A stretch of 42,126 nucleotides of DNA, from the NCBI GenBank assembly GCA_038144795.1, contig JAYQOK010000002.1, forward strand, positions 6,769 to 48,894, in the 5' to 3' direction. Positions 19,643 to 28,020 of this stretch are shown in pieces. Below the pieces are notes generated by a model. It was not told the DNA's origin, did no database searches, and worked only from the letters and a program-made list of their open reading frames with translations. The translations under genes and the position numbers were made by a program. Position 1 is the stretch's first letter. Each line of letters begins with the position of its first letter. The DNA is from Candidatus Kuenenia sp. GTDB lineage: Bacteria > Planctomycetota > Planctomycetia > Pirellulales > UBA1268.

Positions 19643-21934
19643 TCATCGCGTCACCAGCCGCCAGGCCCGGTGGATCCGCTCGTTGCGGAAGTCTTCGGGA
19701 ATCGTCTGCCGGGTGATCTCGCGGATCGTGTAACTGGCTGCCACCTGTTCTTCAGCCAGATGAAAGCGGCGAAAATTCGTTGAGAAATAGACGATGCCCC
19801 CGGGAGCGAGATTCTTTGCGACCAACTCCAGGAGTTCCCCGTGGTCGCGTTCGACATCCCAGGGCGTGTCGCTCTTCGCCGATCGGGAGAAGGTGGGGGG
19901 ATCGACGACGACCAGATCAAACGGGGGCTCGCCCCGCCGCGCACGGTGCTCGAGAAAGCCGCGGGCCTCGTCGCGAATCGTGCGATGGCGGCCCGCATTC
20001 TTGAAGCCGTTGGCGGCGAGGTTGGTCCGCGTCCAGTCGAGATAGGTGTTGGAAAGATCGACGCTCGTTGTTTCGGCGGCCCCGCCGGCCGCCGCATAAA
20101 CCGAAAAGCTGCCTGTGTAACTGAAGAGATTTAGGAAGCGTTTGCCATCGGCTTCATTGCGGACCAACGCCCGCGTCTGCCGGTGATCGAGGAAGAGCCC
20201 CGTATCGAGATAGTCGGAGAGATTGACCTCGAAGGCCAGCCCTCCTTCCTGCACCGTAAGCAGCGTCTGCTGCTGGCCGACCTTCTCATACTGCCCGCCC
20301 ACCCGCTGGCGGCGGCGGGCCTTGAGAAAGGCCTGATTCGGCGGCACTCCCAACTCGGCTGCCGCGGCCTCGATCATTCGCGAGAGCCACACCTCGTGTT
20401 CGATCTCGGTGCGTTCATGCGGTCGCTCGTATTCGGCCGCATGGAGCCAGCCGACATACCAGTCGATGACAAGCGGCACCTCGGGAATGTCACGATCATA
20501 GACACGAAAGGCCTCGATCCCCTGGCGGCGGGCCCACTTGGAGAGGTGTTTGAACCGCTTCGCCAGCCGCCTCCGGAAGTCACCGATCTGTTCGTCGGTG
20601 GCCCGGGCACGCTGACGCCCGGCGAGGGGCGCGACGTCTCTGGCCTCGTTGGCAGGGAAGCCTGCCTCCTCCTGGCCTGCTGCCGGCGGTGGCGGGATGC
20701 AGTGTCGCGGCCGGATATCGACCTCGAGAAGGCGGCAGGCGATCGGGCCGTTGTGAATTGGCACGCGATGGGTGGTGCGGAGGCCGAGGTGTTTCGTGGC
20801 GGGCGTGTCGGGGGCGAGAATCGCCGCCCGCCAGCCGCCGCACTGCTGCACGAGCCAGTCGCCAATGCGGCGGTACAGTGCCGCCGCCCGCGGCAAGGGC
20901 AGCCGTTCGCCATACGGGGGATTGGTGACCACGAGGCCGGCCTTCCCCGTGGGCCGCACCTCCTCAAAGTGATGCTGCGCGATGACCACATGCGCCGCCA
21001 CGCCGGCCGCCTCGGCATTGGCCCGCGCGGCAGCGACAGCCTGCTGGTCGAGGTCGCTGGCGGAAAACGAGCCGGCCGGAGGCTTACCGCGGGCCTCGAG
21101 TTCCGCCACGAGCCGGGCGGCTAAAGCCTTGTCGCAATCGCGAAACCGAAACAAGCCATGGCCCTTGCGCCGGGCCCGCCACAGCCCCGGGGCCATGCCC
21201 GCTGCTATCGTGGCCGCCTCGATCACAAGTGTGCCCGAGCCGCACAGGGGATCGAGCAGCGATTCGCCTGAGCAGTCGCCGTCTGGATGGCCCGGTCGCC
21301 ACCATCCGGCGATGCCGAGGATGCCGGCGGCGAGCACCTCGGAGAGTGGTGCCTCCACATCGCCCATCCGCCAGCCCCGCTGGTGGAGCGATCGGCCGGC
21401 GGCATCGCGGAAGATCGTCGCAACGTTCCCGACCAGATGGAGCGCAAGCCGCAGCGTCGCCCCCCGCAGTTGGACGCTCGGCCGTTTCCCGCTGGGGGTG
21501 CGAAGCTGATCGACAACCGCATCCTTCACGACCTGCGCCGCGTAAAGCGAGTGGGTGAGAAACGTGTCATGGATGACGGCGTCGACGCGAAGTGTGTCCG
21601 ATGTCTTCAGCTGCTCGGTCCAGTCAAGCTCCTGAATCGCACGGTAGAGCGACTCCGACGAATCGACTCGAAACCTTCCGAGCGGCTCGAGCACACGAAT
21701 CGCCGTGCGGCTTTCGAGCACGACGCGGTAAAGCGTTTCCCGTTCCCTGCCGCGAGGGGCTGAAAACTCGATCGTCCGTCGGCCGACCCGCAGATCATCC
21801 GCCCCGATCGCCTCGAGTTCCTTGGCCAGCAGCCACTCGAGGCCCTCGAGTGTGCGCGCCGTCAGCCGCGGTGGCTCATCGAGCGTCGCCGCGAGCAAGG
21901 GCCGTGGCACTGGGTGAATAACAGGAAATTCCAT
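19643..21934 (-). CDS. rlmKL: Bifunctional 23S rRNA methyltransferase RlmKL
   Basis: THUMP region, SLHQRGWR, DPLCGSGT, TNPPYGER (RlmL half); RVYDRDIPE, DYLDTGLFLDHR, LNLFSYTG, DPPTFS (RlmK half). Confidence 0.93.
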   Translation of the reverse strand: MEFPVIHPVPRPLLAATLDEPPRLTARTLEGLEWLLAKELEAIGADDLRVGRRTIEFSAPRGRERETLYRVVLESRTAIRVLEPLGRFRVDSSESLYRAIQELDWTEQLKTSDTLRVDAVIHDTFLTHSLYAAQVVKDAVVDQLRTPSGKRPSVQLRGATLRLALHLVGNVATIFRDAAGRSLHQRGWRMGDVEAPLSEVLAAGILGIAGWWRPGHPDGDCSGESLLDPLCGSGTLVIEAATIAAGMAPGLWRARRKGHGLFRFRDCDKALAARLVAELEARGKPPAGSFSASDLDQQAVAAARANAEAAGVAAHVVIAQHHFEEVRPTGKAGLVVTNPPYGERLPLPRAAALYRRIGDWLVQQCGGWRAAILAPDTPATKHLGLRTTHRVPIHNGPIACRLLEVDIRPRHCIPPPPAAGQEEAGFPANEARDVAPLAGRQRARATDEQIGDFRRRLAKRFKHLSKWARRQGIEAFRVYDRDIPEVPLVIDWYVGWLHAAEYERPHERTEIEHEVWLSRMIEAAAAELGVPPNQAFLKARRRQRVGGQYEKVGQQQTLLTVQEGGLAFEVNLSDYLDTGLFLDHRQTRALVRNEADGKRFLNLFSYTGSFSVYAAAGGAAETTSVDLSNTYLDWTRTNLAANGFKNAGRHRTIRDEARGFLEHRARRGEPPFDLVVVDPPTFSRSAKSDTPWDVERDHGELLELVAKNLAPGGIVYFSTNFRRFHLAEEQVAASYTIREITRQTIPEDFRNERIHRAWRLVTR

Positions 21935-22006
21935 AAACGATCGTTGCAGGCGGCGTTTCCCGCTCCAGACTGCGCTGGGCAGCCGATGACTTGGGATGGG
22001 CTGCGG

Positions 22007-22165
22007 TCAGCCGGGCCGCCGCTCCGCGGGTAGGCTTTCGGCTTGCGTTGGGGCAGGCGGAAACTCCACGTTGGGATAGATCTCCGCCACCGGCCCCGAA
22101 ATTCCAAGCGGGTAGAGGCCGAGATACTCGGCGGGTGTCAGGCGTCGTTGTTCGGCGATTGACAT
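22007..22165 (-). pseudogene. Internally deleted Uma2 (DUF820) family endonuclease remnant, 52 aa
   Basis: Manual translation MSIAEQRRLTPAEYL-GLYP-LGISGPVAEIYPNVEFPPAPT...; first 15 residues resemble Uma2 N-termini and LGISGPVAEIYPNVEF resembles Uma2 C-termini; catalytic middle absent. Confidence 0.6.
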
Positions 22166-22172
22166 GACCTTG

Positions 22173-22202
22173 ATAATATACGTCGGTATAGGTGCCAGTC
22201 AA
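22173..22202 (-). promoter_or_regulatory. Candidate sigma70-type promoter (TTGACT-N16-TATATT or N18-TATTAT)
   Basis: Minus strand reads TTGACTGGCACCTATACCGACGTATATTAT, an AT-rich patch in GC-rich DNA, ending 7 nt before the ATG at 22165. Confidence 0.5.
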
Positions 22203-23737
22203 CGGACCCTGCCGTGCGTCGCTGCCCCGCCGACGAAGTCGCGCAGGTCGGCCCGCCGCAGCCTCCACCAGTACGACGCGGAAAATCCAGGCCAGAGCGC
22301 CGAAAGTCGGCCGGCCGGATCGCGATACCAGGTGGTACAGGGCCGTCGCCACGACGAGGCGGTCGAGCCCGCGCCAGCGGTGGAGCCCCACACAGTCCGC
22401 AGAAACCGCCGCTGGATCCATTTATTGAACTGATGCTGCACATCGGGCCGCACATCGATCTCGGGAAGCCGGCCGGCTTCGAGCAGGTCGAGGCAGGAGC
22501 TTACGTAGCGGACCTGCGCCTCGAGCATAAACACGATCGAGTTGTGGCCGAGGCCGGAGTTGGGGCCCATCAGCAGGAAGAGGTTCGGGTAGCCCGCCAC
22601 CATGAGGCCGTTGTAGGCCTCGGGGCCTGTGGCCCAGTCGTCGGCGAGTCGGCGGCCGCCCCGGCCACGGATGTCGATCTCGGTAGCCGGATTGAACGTG
22701 CGGAAGCCGGTGGCCAGCACGAGCACGTCCGCCGGTCGCTCCACGCAATCCGCCGTCACGATTCCCTGCGGGCGGATCGCGATGATCTTCTCGGTGGTCA
22801 CATCCACATTGTCACGGGCGAGCGCCGGGTAGTAATCGTCGGAGAGGAGCACCCGCTTGCAGCCCATCGTGTACTGCGGCGTGACCGCAGCGCGGAGGGC
22901 GGGATCCTTGATATGCCGGGCCAGATGAGCCAGCGACTCCCGCTGCCAGCTCCCCAGGAGCCATGGCCAGAGCGTGAAGCCGATCGCGATTGTCTCCGAC
23001 TCCATATAGAGGAGTGTCCGCCACAGCCGCTGCATGCCGGGGACATGGTCGAAGGCCCATCGCGCCCAGCGGGAGACCTTCCGGTCGTGCCGCGGCAAGA
23101 CCCACGGGGGCGTCCGCTGGCAGACCAGCAGCCGCTTCACCTGCGGGGCGATCGCAGGAATGATCTGGATTGCACTGGCGCCCGTGCCGATCACGGCCAC
23201 CCGTTTGCCGGCGAAGTCGACGTCGTGCCGCCAGCGGGCGGAGTGAAAGGCCGGGCCCGCAAACGTCTCAAGCCCCGGCAGTTCCGGAATCCGCGGCACA
23301 TGCAGGCCGCCCACGCCGGCCACGATGATGTCGGCCGTGAACGTGCGGCCGTCGGTGGCGGTGAGCTGCCAGCGTCGCTCGGCGTTGTCCCAGTCGAGCC
23401 GCATAATCTCCGTGTTGAACCGGATGCGGTCGGTGAGGCTGTGCTTGGCGGTCACCCGCTCCAGATAGCGAAGGATCTCCGGCTGCGGGGCGTAGGTTCG
23501 CGACCAGCCCGAATCCTGTTCGAATGAAAAGGAGTAGAGGTGGGAGGCGATATCGCAGGCACAACCCGGGTAGGTATTTTCCCGCCAGGTGCCCCCCACT
23601 CCGGCTGCCTTTTCGAAGATCGTGAATTCGCTGCGGCCGGTCTCGAGCAGTTGAATCGCCATCCCCAAGCCGCCGAAGCCGGCGCCGAGAATGGCAACGC
23701 GGGTGTGGTCGGTCGCTGAGGGCAGCAGGCTCGCCAT
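22199..23737 (-). CDS. Flavin-containing monooxygenase (Baeyer-Villiger/CzcO type)
   Basis: GAGFGG, GGTWRENTYPG, fingerprint FAGPAFHSARW, GTGASA, QRTPPW, ATGF. Confidence 0.92.
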   Translation of the reverse strand: MASLLPSATDHTRVAILGAGFGGLGMAIQLLETGRSEFTIFEKAAGVGGTWRENTYPGCACDIASHLYSFSFEQDSGWSRTYAPQPEILRYLERVTAKHSLTDRIRFNTEIMRLDWDNAERRWQLTATDGRTFTADIIVAGVGGLHVPRIPELPGLETFAGPAFHSARWRHDVDFAGKRVAVIGTGASAIQIIPAIAPQVKRLLVCQRTPPWVLPRHDRKVSRWARWAFDHVPGMQRLWRTLLYMESETIAIGFTLWPWLLGSWQRESLAHLARHIKDPALRAAVTPQYTMGCKRVLLSDDYYPALARDNVDVTTEKIIAIRPQGIVTADCVERPADVLVLATGFRTFNPATEIDIRGRGGRRLADDWATGPEAYNGLMVAGYPNLFLLMGPNSGLGHNSIVFMLEAQVRYVSSCLDLLEAGRLPEIDVRPDVQHQFNKWIQRRFLRTVWGSTAGAGSTASSWRRPCTTWYRDPAGRLSALWPGFSASYWWRLRRADLRDFVGGAATHGRVR

Positions 23738-23781
23738 GCTCCGAGGCTACCGTGCCGCCGCCGTCTCCGGAAACCGATCCT
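23726..23781. repeat. Left copy of 56-bp direct repeat (carB 3' end plus monooxygenase start)
   Basis: CAGGCTCGCCATGCTCCGAGGCTACCGTGCCGCCGCCGTCTCCGGAAACCGATCCT; 54/56 identical to 29668-29723; minus strand encodes [10 protein letters not shown]-stop, then MASL. Confidence 0.95.
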
Positions 23782-23802
23782 CCTTCGCGAGCCTGATCCG
23801 CG

Positions 23803-24570
23803 ATGAATTTGCTGCGCACTTTGTGCCCACCGCGCAAGCCAAAACGACTCCCCTCCGTCCTCAGTCATGAGGAAGTGACCGATCTGCTTGCCAGACTGAT
23901 TGGCCAGCCGGCAATAATTGCAACGCTTCTCTATGGCGCGGGCCTACGGCTCATGGAGGCGCTTCGCTTGCGAGTCAAGGATCTGGATTTCGAGCGCCGA
24001 GAGATCGTCATCCGGGAGGCGAAGGGCAACAAGGATCGAGTCAGCGTGATTCCCCAGTGCCTGGTACCTGAACTGGCGACCTCATTGAGGAAATGGCAGA
24101 CCGAGCATGCCCGCAGAGTCGAACTTGGCAGCGGCCGTGTGCAGCTACCGACAGCACTGGCCCGTAAATATCCTGCCTTGGAGACCGCCTGGGGGTGGCA
24201 GTGGGTATTCCCGGCAGAGCGAGACTACCGCGACCGCGTCGATGGCAGACACTACCGTCATCACATCCATGAAAGTACCGTCCAGCGAGCGGTAACCAAA
24301 GCTGCCCGTGACGCCGGCATCGTGAAACGGGCAACCTGCCATACGCTTCGGCACTCTTTCGCCACGCACTTGTTGGAAGGCGGCTATGACATCCGTACCG
24401 TCCAGGAGTTGCTGGGGCACAACGACGTACGCACGACGATGATCTACGCCCATGTACTTAATCGTGGCGGCCCACTGATTCGGAGCCCGGCCGACGGCCT
24501 TCCGGGACCGGGATTATGCCGCCCTCCAGCAGCAGAACACGCACCTTCCCCGCCGCGACCGTGTCGCTAA
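23803..24570 (+). CDS. intI: Integron integrase, N-terminally truncated (255 aa)
   Basis: LLYGAGLRLME, KGNKDR, IntI-specific insert ALARKYP...WQWVFP, HTLRHSFATHLL, QELLGH, TTMIY. Begins near RLPSVLS, with an in-frame TGA at 23794-23796 upstream. Confidence 0.92.
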   Translation: MNLLRTLCPPRKPKRLPSVLSHEEVTDLLARLIGQPAIIATLLYGAGLRLMEALRLRVKDLDFERREIVIREAKGNKDRVSVIPQCLVPELATSLRKWQTEHARRVELGSGRVQLPTALARKYPALETAWGWQWVFPAERDYRDRVDGRHYRHHIHESTVQRAVTKAARDAGIVKRATCHTLRHSFATHLLEGGYDIRTVQELLGHNDVRTTMIYAHVLNRGGPLIRSPADGLPGPGLCRPPAAEHAPSPPRPCR

Positions 24571-24584
24571 CCCTAATCGCATGC

Positions 24585-24614
24585 TTGACTTGCCAATCCC
24601 CACACACCTAGGCT
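24585..24614 (+). promoter_or_regulatory. Candidate cassette promoter (TTGACT-N18-TAGGCT)
   Basis: Lies between the intI stop and the first core site, pointing into the array; motif match only. Confidence 0.35.
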
Positions 24615-24617
24615 TCC

Positions 24618-24674
24618 GGGGTTATGCCGACACAAGAATGTGTTTCTGTGGAACGAGAGAAATACAAGTTATCC
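24618..24674 (+). other. Putative attI recombination site; crossover G/TTATCC at 24668-24674
   Basis: GTTATCC is the exact reverse complement of the first cassette's inverse core GGATAAC (25097); no attC hairpin precedes it; a second core-like GTTATGC lies 47 bp upstream. Confidence 0.7.
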
Positions 24675-24705
24675 TTTCTCAACCATCACATCTCACAGCC
24701 ACAAT

Positions 24706-25038
24706 ATGACAACTGACCAAAACCAATCCAACCAACTTGCGAGCGCTCCATCAGCATCTCGACTCGTCAAAACGGCCAGTTGGCTCGGCACATGGGCCGT
24801 TATTTGCGCTGCGATCTTCGTTCTTCGGTTTCGCAAGATTTGGCTTCTCGTTGGAGAATCATGGATAGGCCTCTTGGTCGGCTACTTTGTACTGTGGCTT
24901 GGGGGGGCGTCGCTTTACTTCGCATTTTCACAACTTGACCGCATCAAGTCCGAAGGACTTAAGTTTGTCGCACAGATGCTTCTCTGTCTCCTCGTCACAG
25001 TCGTGATTGGCGGGGTAATCTTAGTCATCACCTTCTAA
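24706..25038 (+). CDS. Cassette 1: hypothetical membrane protein (about 3 TM)
   Basis: ATG at 24706 is the first start inside the cassette (24669-25191); three hydrophobic segments. Confidence 0.75.
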   Translation: MTTDQNQSNQLASAPSASRLVKTASWLGTWAVICAAIFVLRFRKIWLLVGESWIGLLVGYFVLWLGGASLYFAFSQLDRIKSEGLKFVAQMLLCLLVTVVIGGVILVITF

Positions 25039-25096
25039 CCTCGCTTGTGAGCGCTTCATACATGGAGTGAATACACGTCGACAGGAAATCCGAAAC

Positions 25097-25197
25097 GGAT
25101 AACCACGCGATGCAACGGAGCGGAAATGGCGTTCCGATTTTTTCCTTAAATCAAGATCACTCGCGCCATTTCCGCCCGCTGATCGCCATCGTTCGCC
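25097..25197 (+). other. attC site 1 (101 bp)
   Basis: GGATAAC...GCGAT[G]CAACGG[A]GCGGAAATGGCG / CGCCATTTCCGC-CCGCTG-ATCGC...GTTCGCC; imperfect palindrome with two unpaired bases. Confidence 0.92.
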
Positions 25198-25249
25198 GGA
25201 CAATTCGGAAAACAGAGTTCGGCCTATCTCTACCGCGACCAAAAAAGCG

Positions 25250-25564
25250 ATGACAACGAAACCAATAACCGACCCCTGCCAGGAGACCATCCGGTCATTT
25301 GCGAAACGCTCTGATCGGACCGTATTGCTGATCACATTGCTGTTCGCCATGGGCGGAGCCTTCATAGATATCGCTCTTGGCGTTAGTGACGCATTGTTGG
25401 GCAGTCGTCCGGCGGTGTTCTGGGGGATTTGGGTGCCGCTTTGCTTCATTACCATCCCGCCACTCCATTACCTTTGCCGCAAAGTGTGGATCTTGCAAGA
25501 GCGCGTCCAGGCCCTTGAGTCGCAATTAAAGACCGAAGAGTGCCGTGAGCAGTGCAACGCCTAG
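25250..25564 (+). CDS. Cassette 2: hypothetical membrane protein (2 TM plus C-terminal coiled coil)
   Basis: Single ORF filling cassette 25192-25658; LQERVQALESQLK heptad pattern. Confidence 0.75.
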   Translation: MTTKPITDPCQETIRSFAKRSDRTVLLITLLFAMGGAFIDIALGVSDALLGSRPAVFWGIWVPLCFITIPPLHYLCRKVWILQERVQALESQLKTEECREQCNA

Positions 25565-25576
25565 CAGTCGCGTCGC

Positions 25577-25664
25577 GGCGAACAACGCGATGCAGCGGAC
25601 TCGCAATAAAATTGGGCGGTGTGGATCGCGTATGGCTGCGAGCCGCTGATCGCCCGCGTTAGCC
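25577..25664 (+). other. attC site 2 (88 bp)
   Basis: GGCGAAC...GCGAT[G]CAGCGG[A]CTCGCA / TGCGAG-CCGCTG-ATCGC...GTTAGCC. Confidence 0.93.
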
Positions 25665-25704
25665 GAAACCCGACCATCTCTCGCAAAGCAAAGGGTTGTC
25701 CCTC

Positions 25705-26007
25705 ATGAATGATCTGCTTCAACTTGCCTGTCTCATTAGTGTGGCTGCCCTACCACTTGTTGTGCTGGGCCTTCGCGCAGCCCGCCCAAAGTTCATGCCA
25801 TGGTGGGCCGTCTTCTTGCTTGTGATTGGGCTGGGGTGGGGGCTGGTCTTACTCGCCGCGATGCTGAACGAGACCAAGAATGGCGGTGCAGGCCATGTTT
25901 TCGCCCTGTTTTTTGGTTGGGCCATTGCGCTCATTTGGCTTGCCCCATGGCTTCTTGTGTATGCAGTCATCCAACTCTTTCGCCGCCGTGCGATTCCCCG
26001 TGCCTAA
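25705..26007 (+). CDS. Cassette 3: hypothetical membrane protein (about 3 TM)
   Basis: Stop TAA lies inside the attC3 inverse core GCCTAAC, a classic cassette arrangement; start ATG 25705 or TTG 25696. Confidence 0.8.
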   Translation: MNDLLQLACLISVAALPLVVLGLRAARPKFMPWWAVFLLVIGLGWGLVLLAAMLNETKNGGAGHVFALFFGWAIALIWLAPWLLVYAVIQLFRRRAIPRA

Positions 26008-26089
26008 CCACGCAATGCAGCGGACTCGCGATAAAATCAGTCCAGACGGAGAAGCCAAGGTCGCGAGCCGCTGATTGCTACCGTTCGGC
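26002..26089 (+). other. attC site 3 (88 bp)
   Basis: GCCTAAC...GCAAT[G]CAGCGG[A]CTCGCGA / TCGCGAG-CCGCTG-ATTGC...GTTCGGC. Confidence 0.93.
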
Positions 26090-26111
26090 AACAGGAAGGA
26101 AATGAGGCCCC

Positions 26112-27188
26112 ATGCGGCTGACACCCATCGCGATAACCATCTTCGGCTGGCTGGCGATCGGCACCACTTTTTCAGGAGACGCGGGCGAGCCGCCGGGCTC
26201 ACCTGCTGCTGCCTCAGCACGTATATTCAACGCACTCGATTACGGCGCTGTGGGCGACGACAATACTGATAATACGGCGGCATTTTCGGCTTGCATCAAG
26301 GACGTGATCGAAGCGGGAGGCGGCCGCATGATGATCCCCGTCGGGGTCTATCGCGGCAGAATCGTCATTCCCGGAACCAAAGAGTGGATCACCGTGGAAA
26401 TCGTGGGCGAAAGTGAACCCACCCCGGTCTTCGGGACGATCGGCGCATTTCCGTTTCCGAAGAATGGCACGACAATTAAATGCGTGTCGGAATCAGGTCC
26501 GGCGGTCATCTCCGCAGCCAACGTCCCCGCCAAGTTGTATTCGCAGTTCTCAGGGATCAACGTGAGCCTGCGAAACCTGGACGTCCGCACGTATGACAAT
26601 CCTGGGATCGGCGGCATCAATCTGCTAAACGCGGCGCAATGCAAACTCGAGAACGTCTTCGTCAACACCAATCGCTACAACGTACAGGCGTCCAAGCCCA
26701 CCCGCGGCACGGTCGGCATTAGCACCCCAGCCTGCAACAATGCAGCCCTCACGATCCTACGCAATGTCGTCGTGACCGGATATCACACCGGTATCCTGGT
26801 GAACGAGCATACCGATGGCGATAACGTTACCGTGGCGTCCAACGTCAACGGGCTGGAGTTTGCCTTCGCCTATCACGCCTCCAGATTCGGCCGGGTCGGC
26901 GCGTATCGATGCAGCCGCTGCCTCACGGTAACCGGCAAGCACGGTTTCTGCATCGAGCAGCTCAATGTAGAGATTGCCGGCCCCGGGCAGACCAGCAAAG
27001 ACAATGCGTGGCAAACCACTGAGTTCAACATTTACGCTCCCGAGAATCTCGGCACTGGTGACCTCAACTGGTGGGTTGTCGAGGGCAATGTTGGAGCGGT
27101 GGAGAAGTTCACGAAGAGTGGCGGAGAGCATGTCCGTACCCGACGGATCGGATCGCATCCAATTCCAGCAGAAAACTCGGCGAAATGA
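26112..27188 (+). CDS. Cassette 4: secreted pectate-lyase-superfamily beta-helix protein
   Basis: Signal peptide; FNALDYGAVGDDNTDNTAAF...GGGRMMIPVGVY motif; beta-helix coils (LRNLDV, LENVFV, LRNVVV). Confidence 0.85.
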   Translation: MRLTPIAITIFGWLAIGTTFSGDAGEPPGSPAAASARIFNALDYGAVGDDNTDNTAAFSACIKDVIEAGGGRMMIPVGVYRGRIVIPGTKEWITVEIVGESEPTPVFGTIGAFPFPKNGTTIKCVSESGPAVISAANVPAKLYSQFSGINVSLRNLDVRTYDNPGIGGINLLNAAQCKLENVFVNTNRYNVQASKPTRGTVGISTPACNNAALTILRNVVVTGYHTGILVNEHTDGDNVTVASNVNGLEFAFAYHASRFGRVGAYRCSRCLTVTGKHGFCIEQLNVEIAGPGQTSKDNAWQTTEFNIYAPENLGTGDLNWWVVEGNVGAVEKFTKSGGEHVRTRRIGSHPIPAENSAK

Positions 27189-27234
27189 TGATCCCCCCAA
27201 GCGATAGTCGGCACGGGACGCCGTATCAGGGCAT

Positions 27235-27323
27235 GCCGAACCAAGCCTTACAGCCGACTCGCGAGAGCGTCTTGCGGTATGGATGCCGTGTTGGCTGCGA
27301 GCGGCTGAAGGCGGTCGTTATCC
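27235..27323 (+). other. attC site 4 (89 bp)
   Basis: GCCGAAC...GCCTT[A]CAGCCG[A]CTCGC / GCGAG-CGGCTG-AAGGC...GTTATCC. Confidence 0.92.
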
Positions 27324-27327
27324 ACTC

Positions 27328-27882
27328 ATGAAAAGAATCGCTAATTCGCTCATTGCTGGTTGCATCGTGCTGCTCATCGCCGGATGTTCTCAGCGCACCA
27401 ACATTGGCTCGCAAACTACACGGACGGTCGACACGTACGACATAGATTTATTTGAAAAACTTGACGGAGAACTGAAAGCACTAAGCCGTGGAGTATCCTT
27501 GCTTCTCGCGATGAACCGGGAATCTGACCGATTCACAACTCTGACGGACTTTCTTGCAACGATTGACGCAGGCCAACTGCGCTGTGAAATCAGGGAACTG
27601 GAGTATTACCCTTTAGTTCTCTACATATATCACACATCTTACTACCTTCCCGATGGTTCGTATCGTCCAACGCTAGATCGCAAGTCAGCGCTCGTTCTTG
27701 TTGACGCGAAGACCCATCGCGTGATCGATTTCACATTTGAAACTGGCTATCGAACTGACGCTATAAGCAGCCAAGAACCGTACTACGAGGGATCATGGGA
27801 CCGTAAAGACGGGACAACTGTTACGTACAGGCTCCTACCCTCAGGTTTTGAGGTGTCGAAGGCAGAAGAGCAGGGCAAGTAA
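27328..27882 (+). CDS. Cassette 5: putative lipoprotein
   Basis: ATG 4 nt after the core site: MKRIANSLIAGCIVLLIAGC (lipobox LIAGC); the ORF-track start at 27283 falls inside attC4. Confidence 0.8.
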   Translation: MKRIANSLIAGCIVLLIAGCSQRTNIGSQTTRTVDTYDIDLFEKLDGELKALSRGVSLLLAMNRESDRFTTLTDFLATIDAGQLRCEIRELEYYPLVLYIYHTSYYLPDGSYRPTLDRKSALVLVDAKTHRVIDFTFETGYRTDAISSQEPYYEGSWDRKDGTTVTYRLLPSGFEVSKAEEQGK

Positions 27883-27892
27883 TCAACTACGC

Positions 27893-27983
27893 AGATAACA
27901 ATCGCATGCACCGGAGTTGCCGACGGTGCGGTATTCACATGGGAACATCGCTGGCGGCAACCCGGTGATGCGTGGCGTTATAC
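27893..27983 (+). other. attC site 5 (91 bp)
   Basis: AGATAAC...CGCAT[G]CACCGG[A]GTTGCCG / CGGCAAC-CCGGTG-ATGCG...GTTATAC. Confidence 0.93.
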
Positions 27984-28020
27984 TGCATCGAATGGCCGCG
28001 ATGGCGGAGAGTACATCTAC

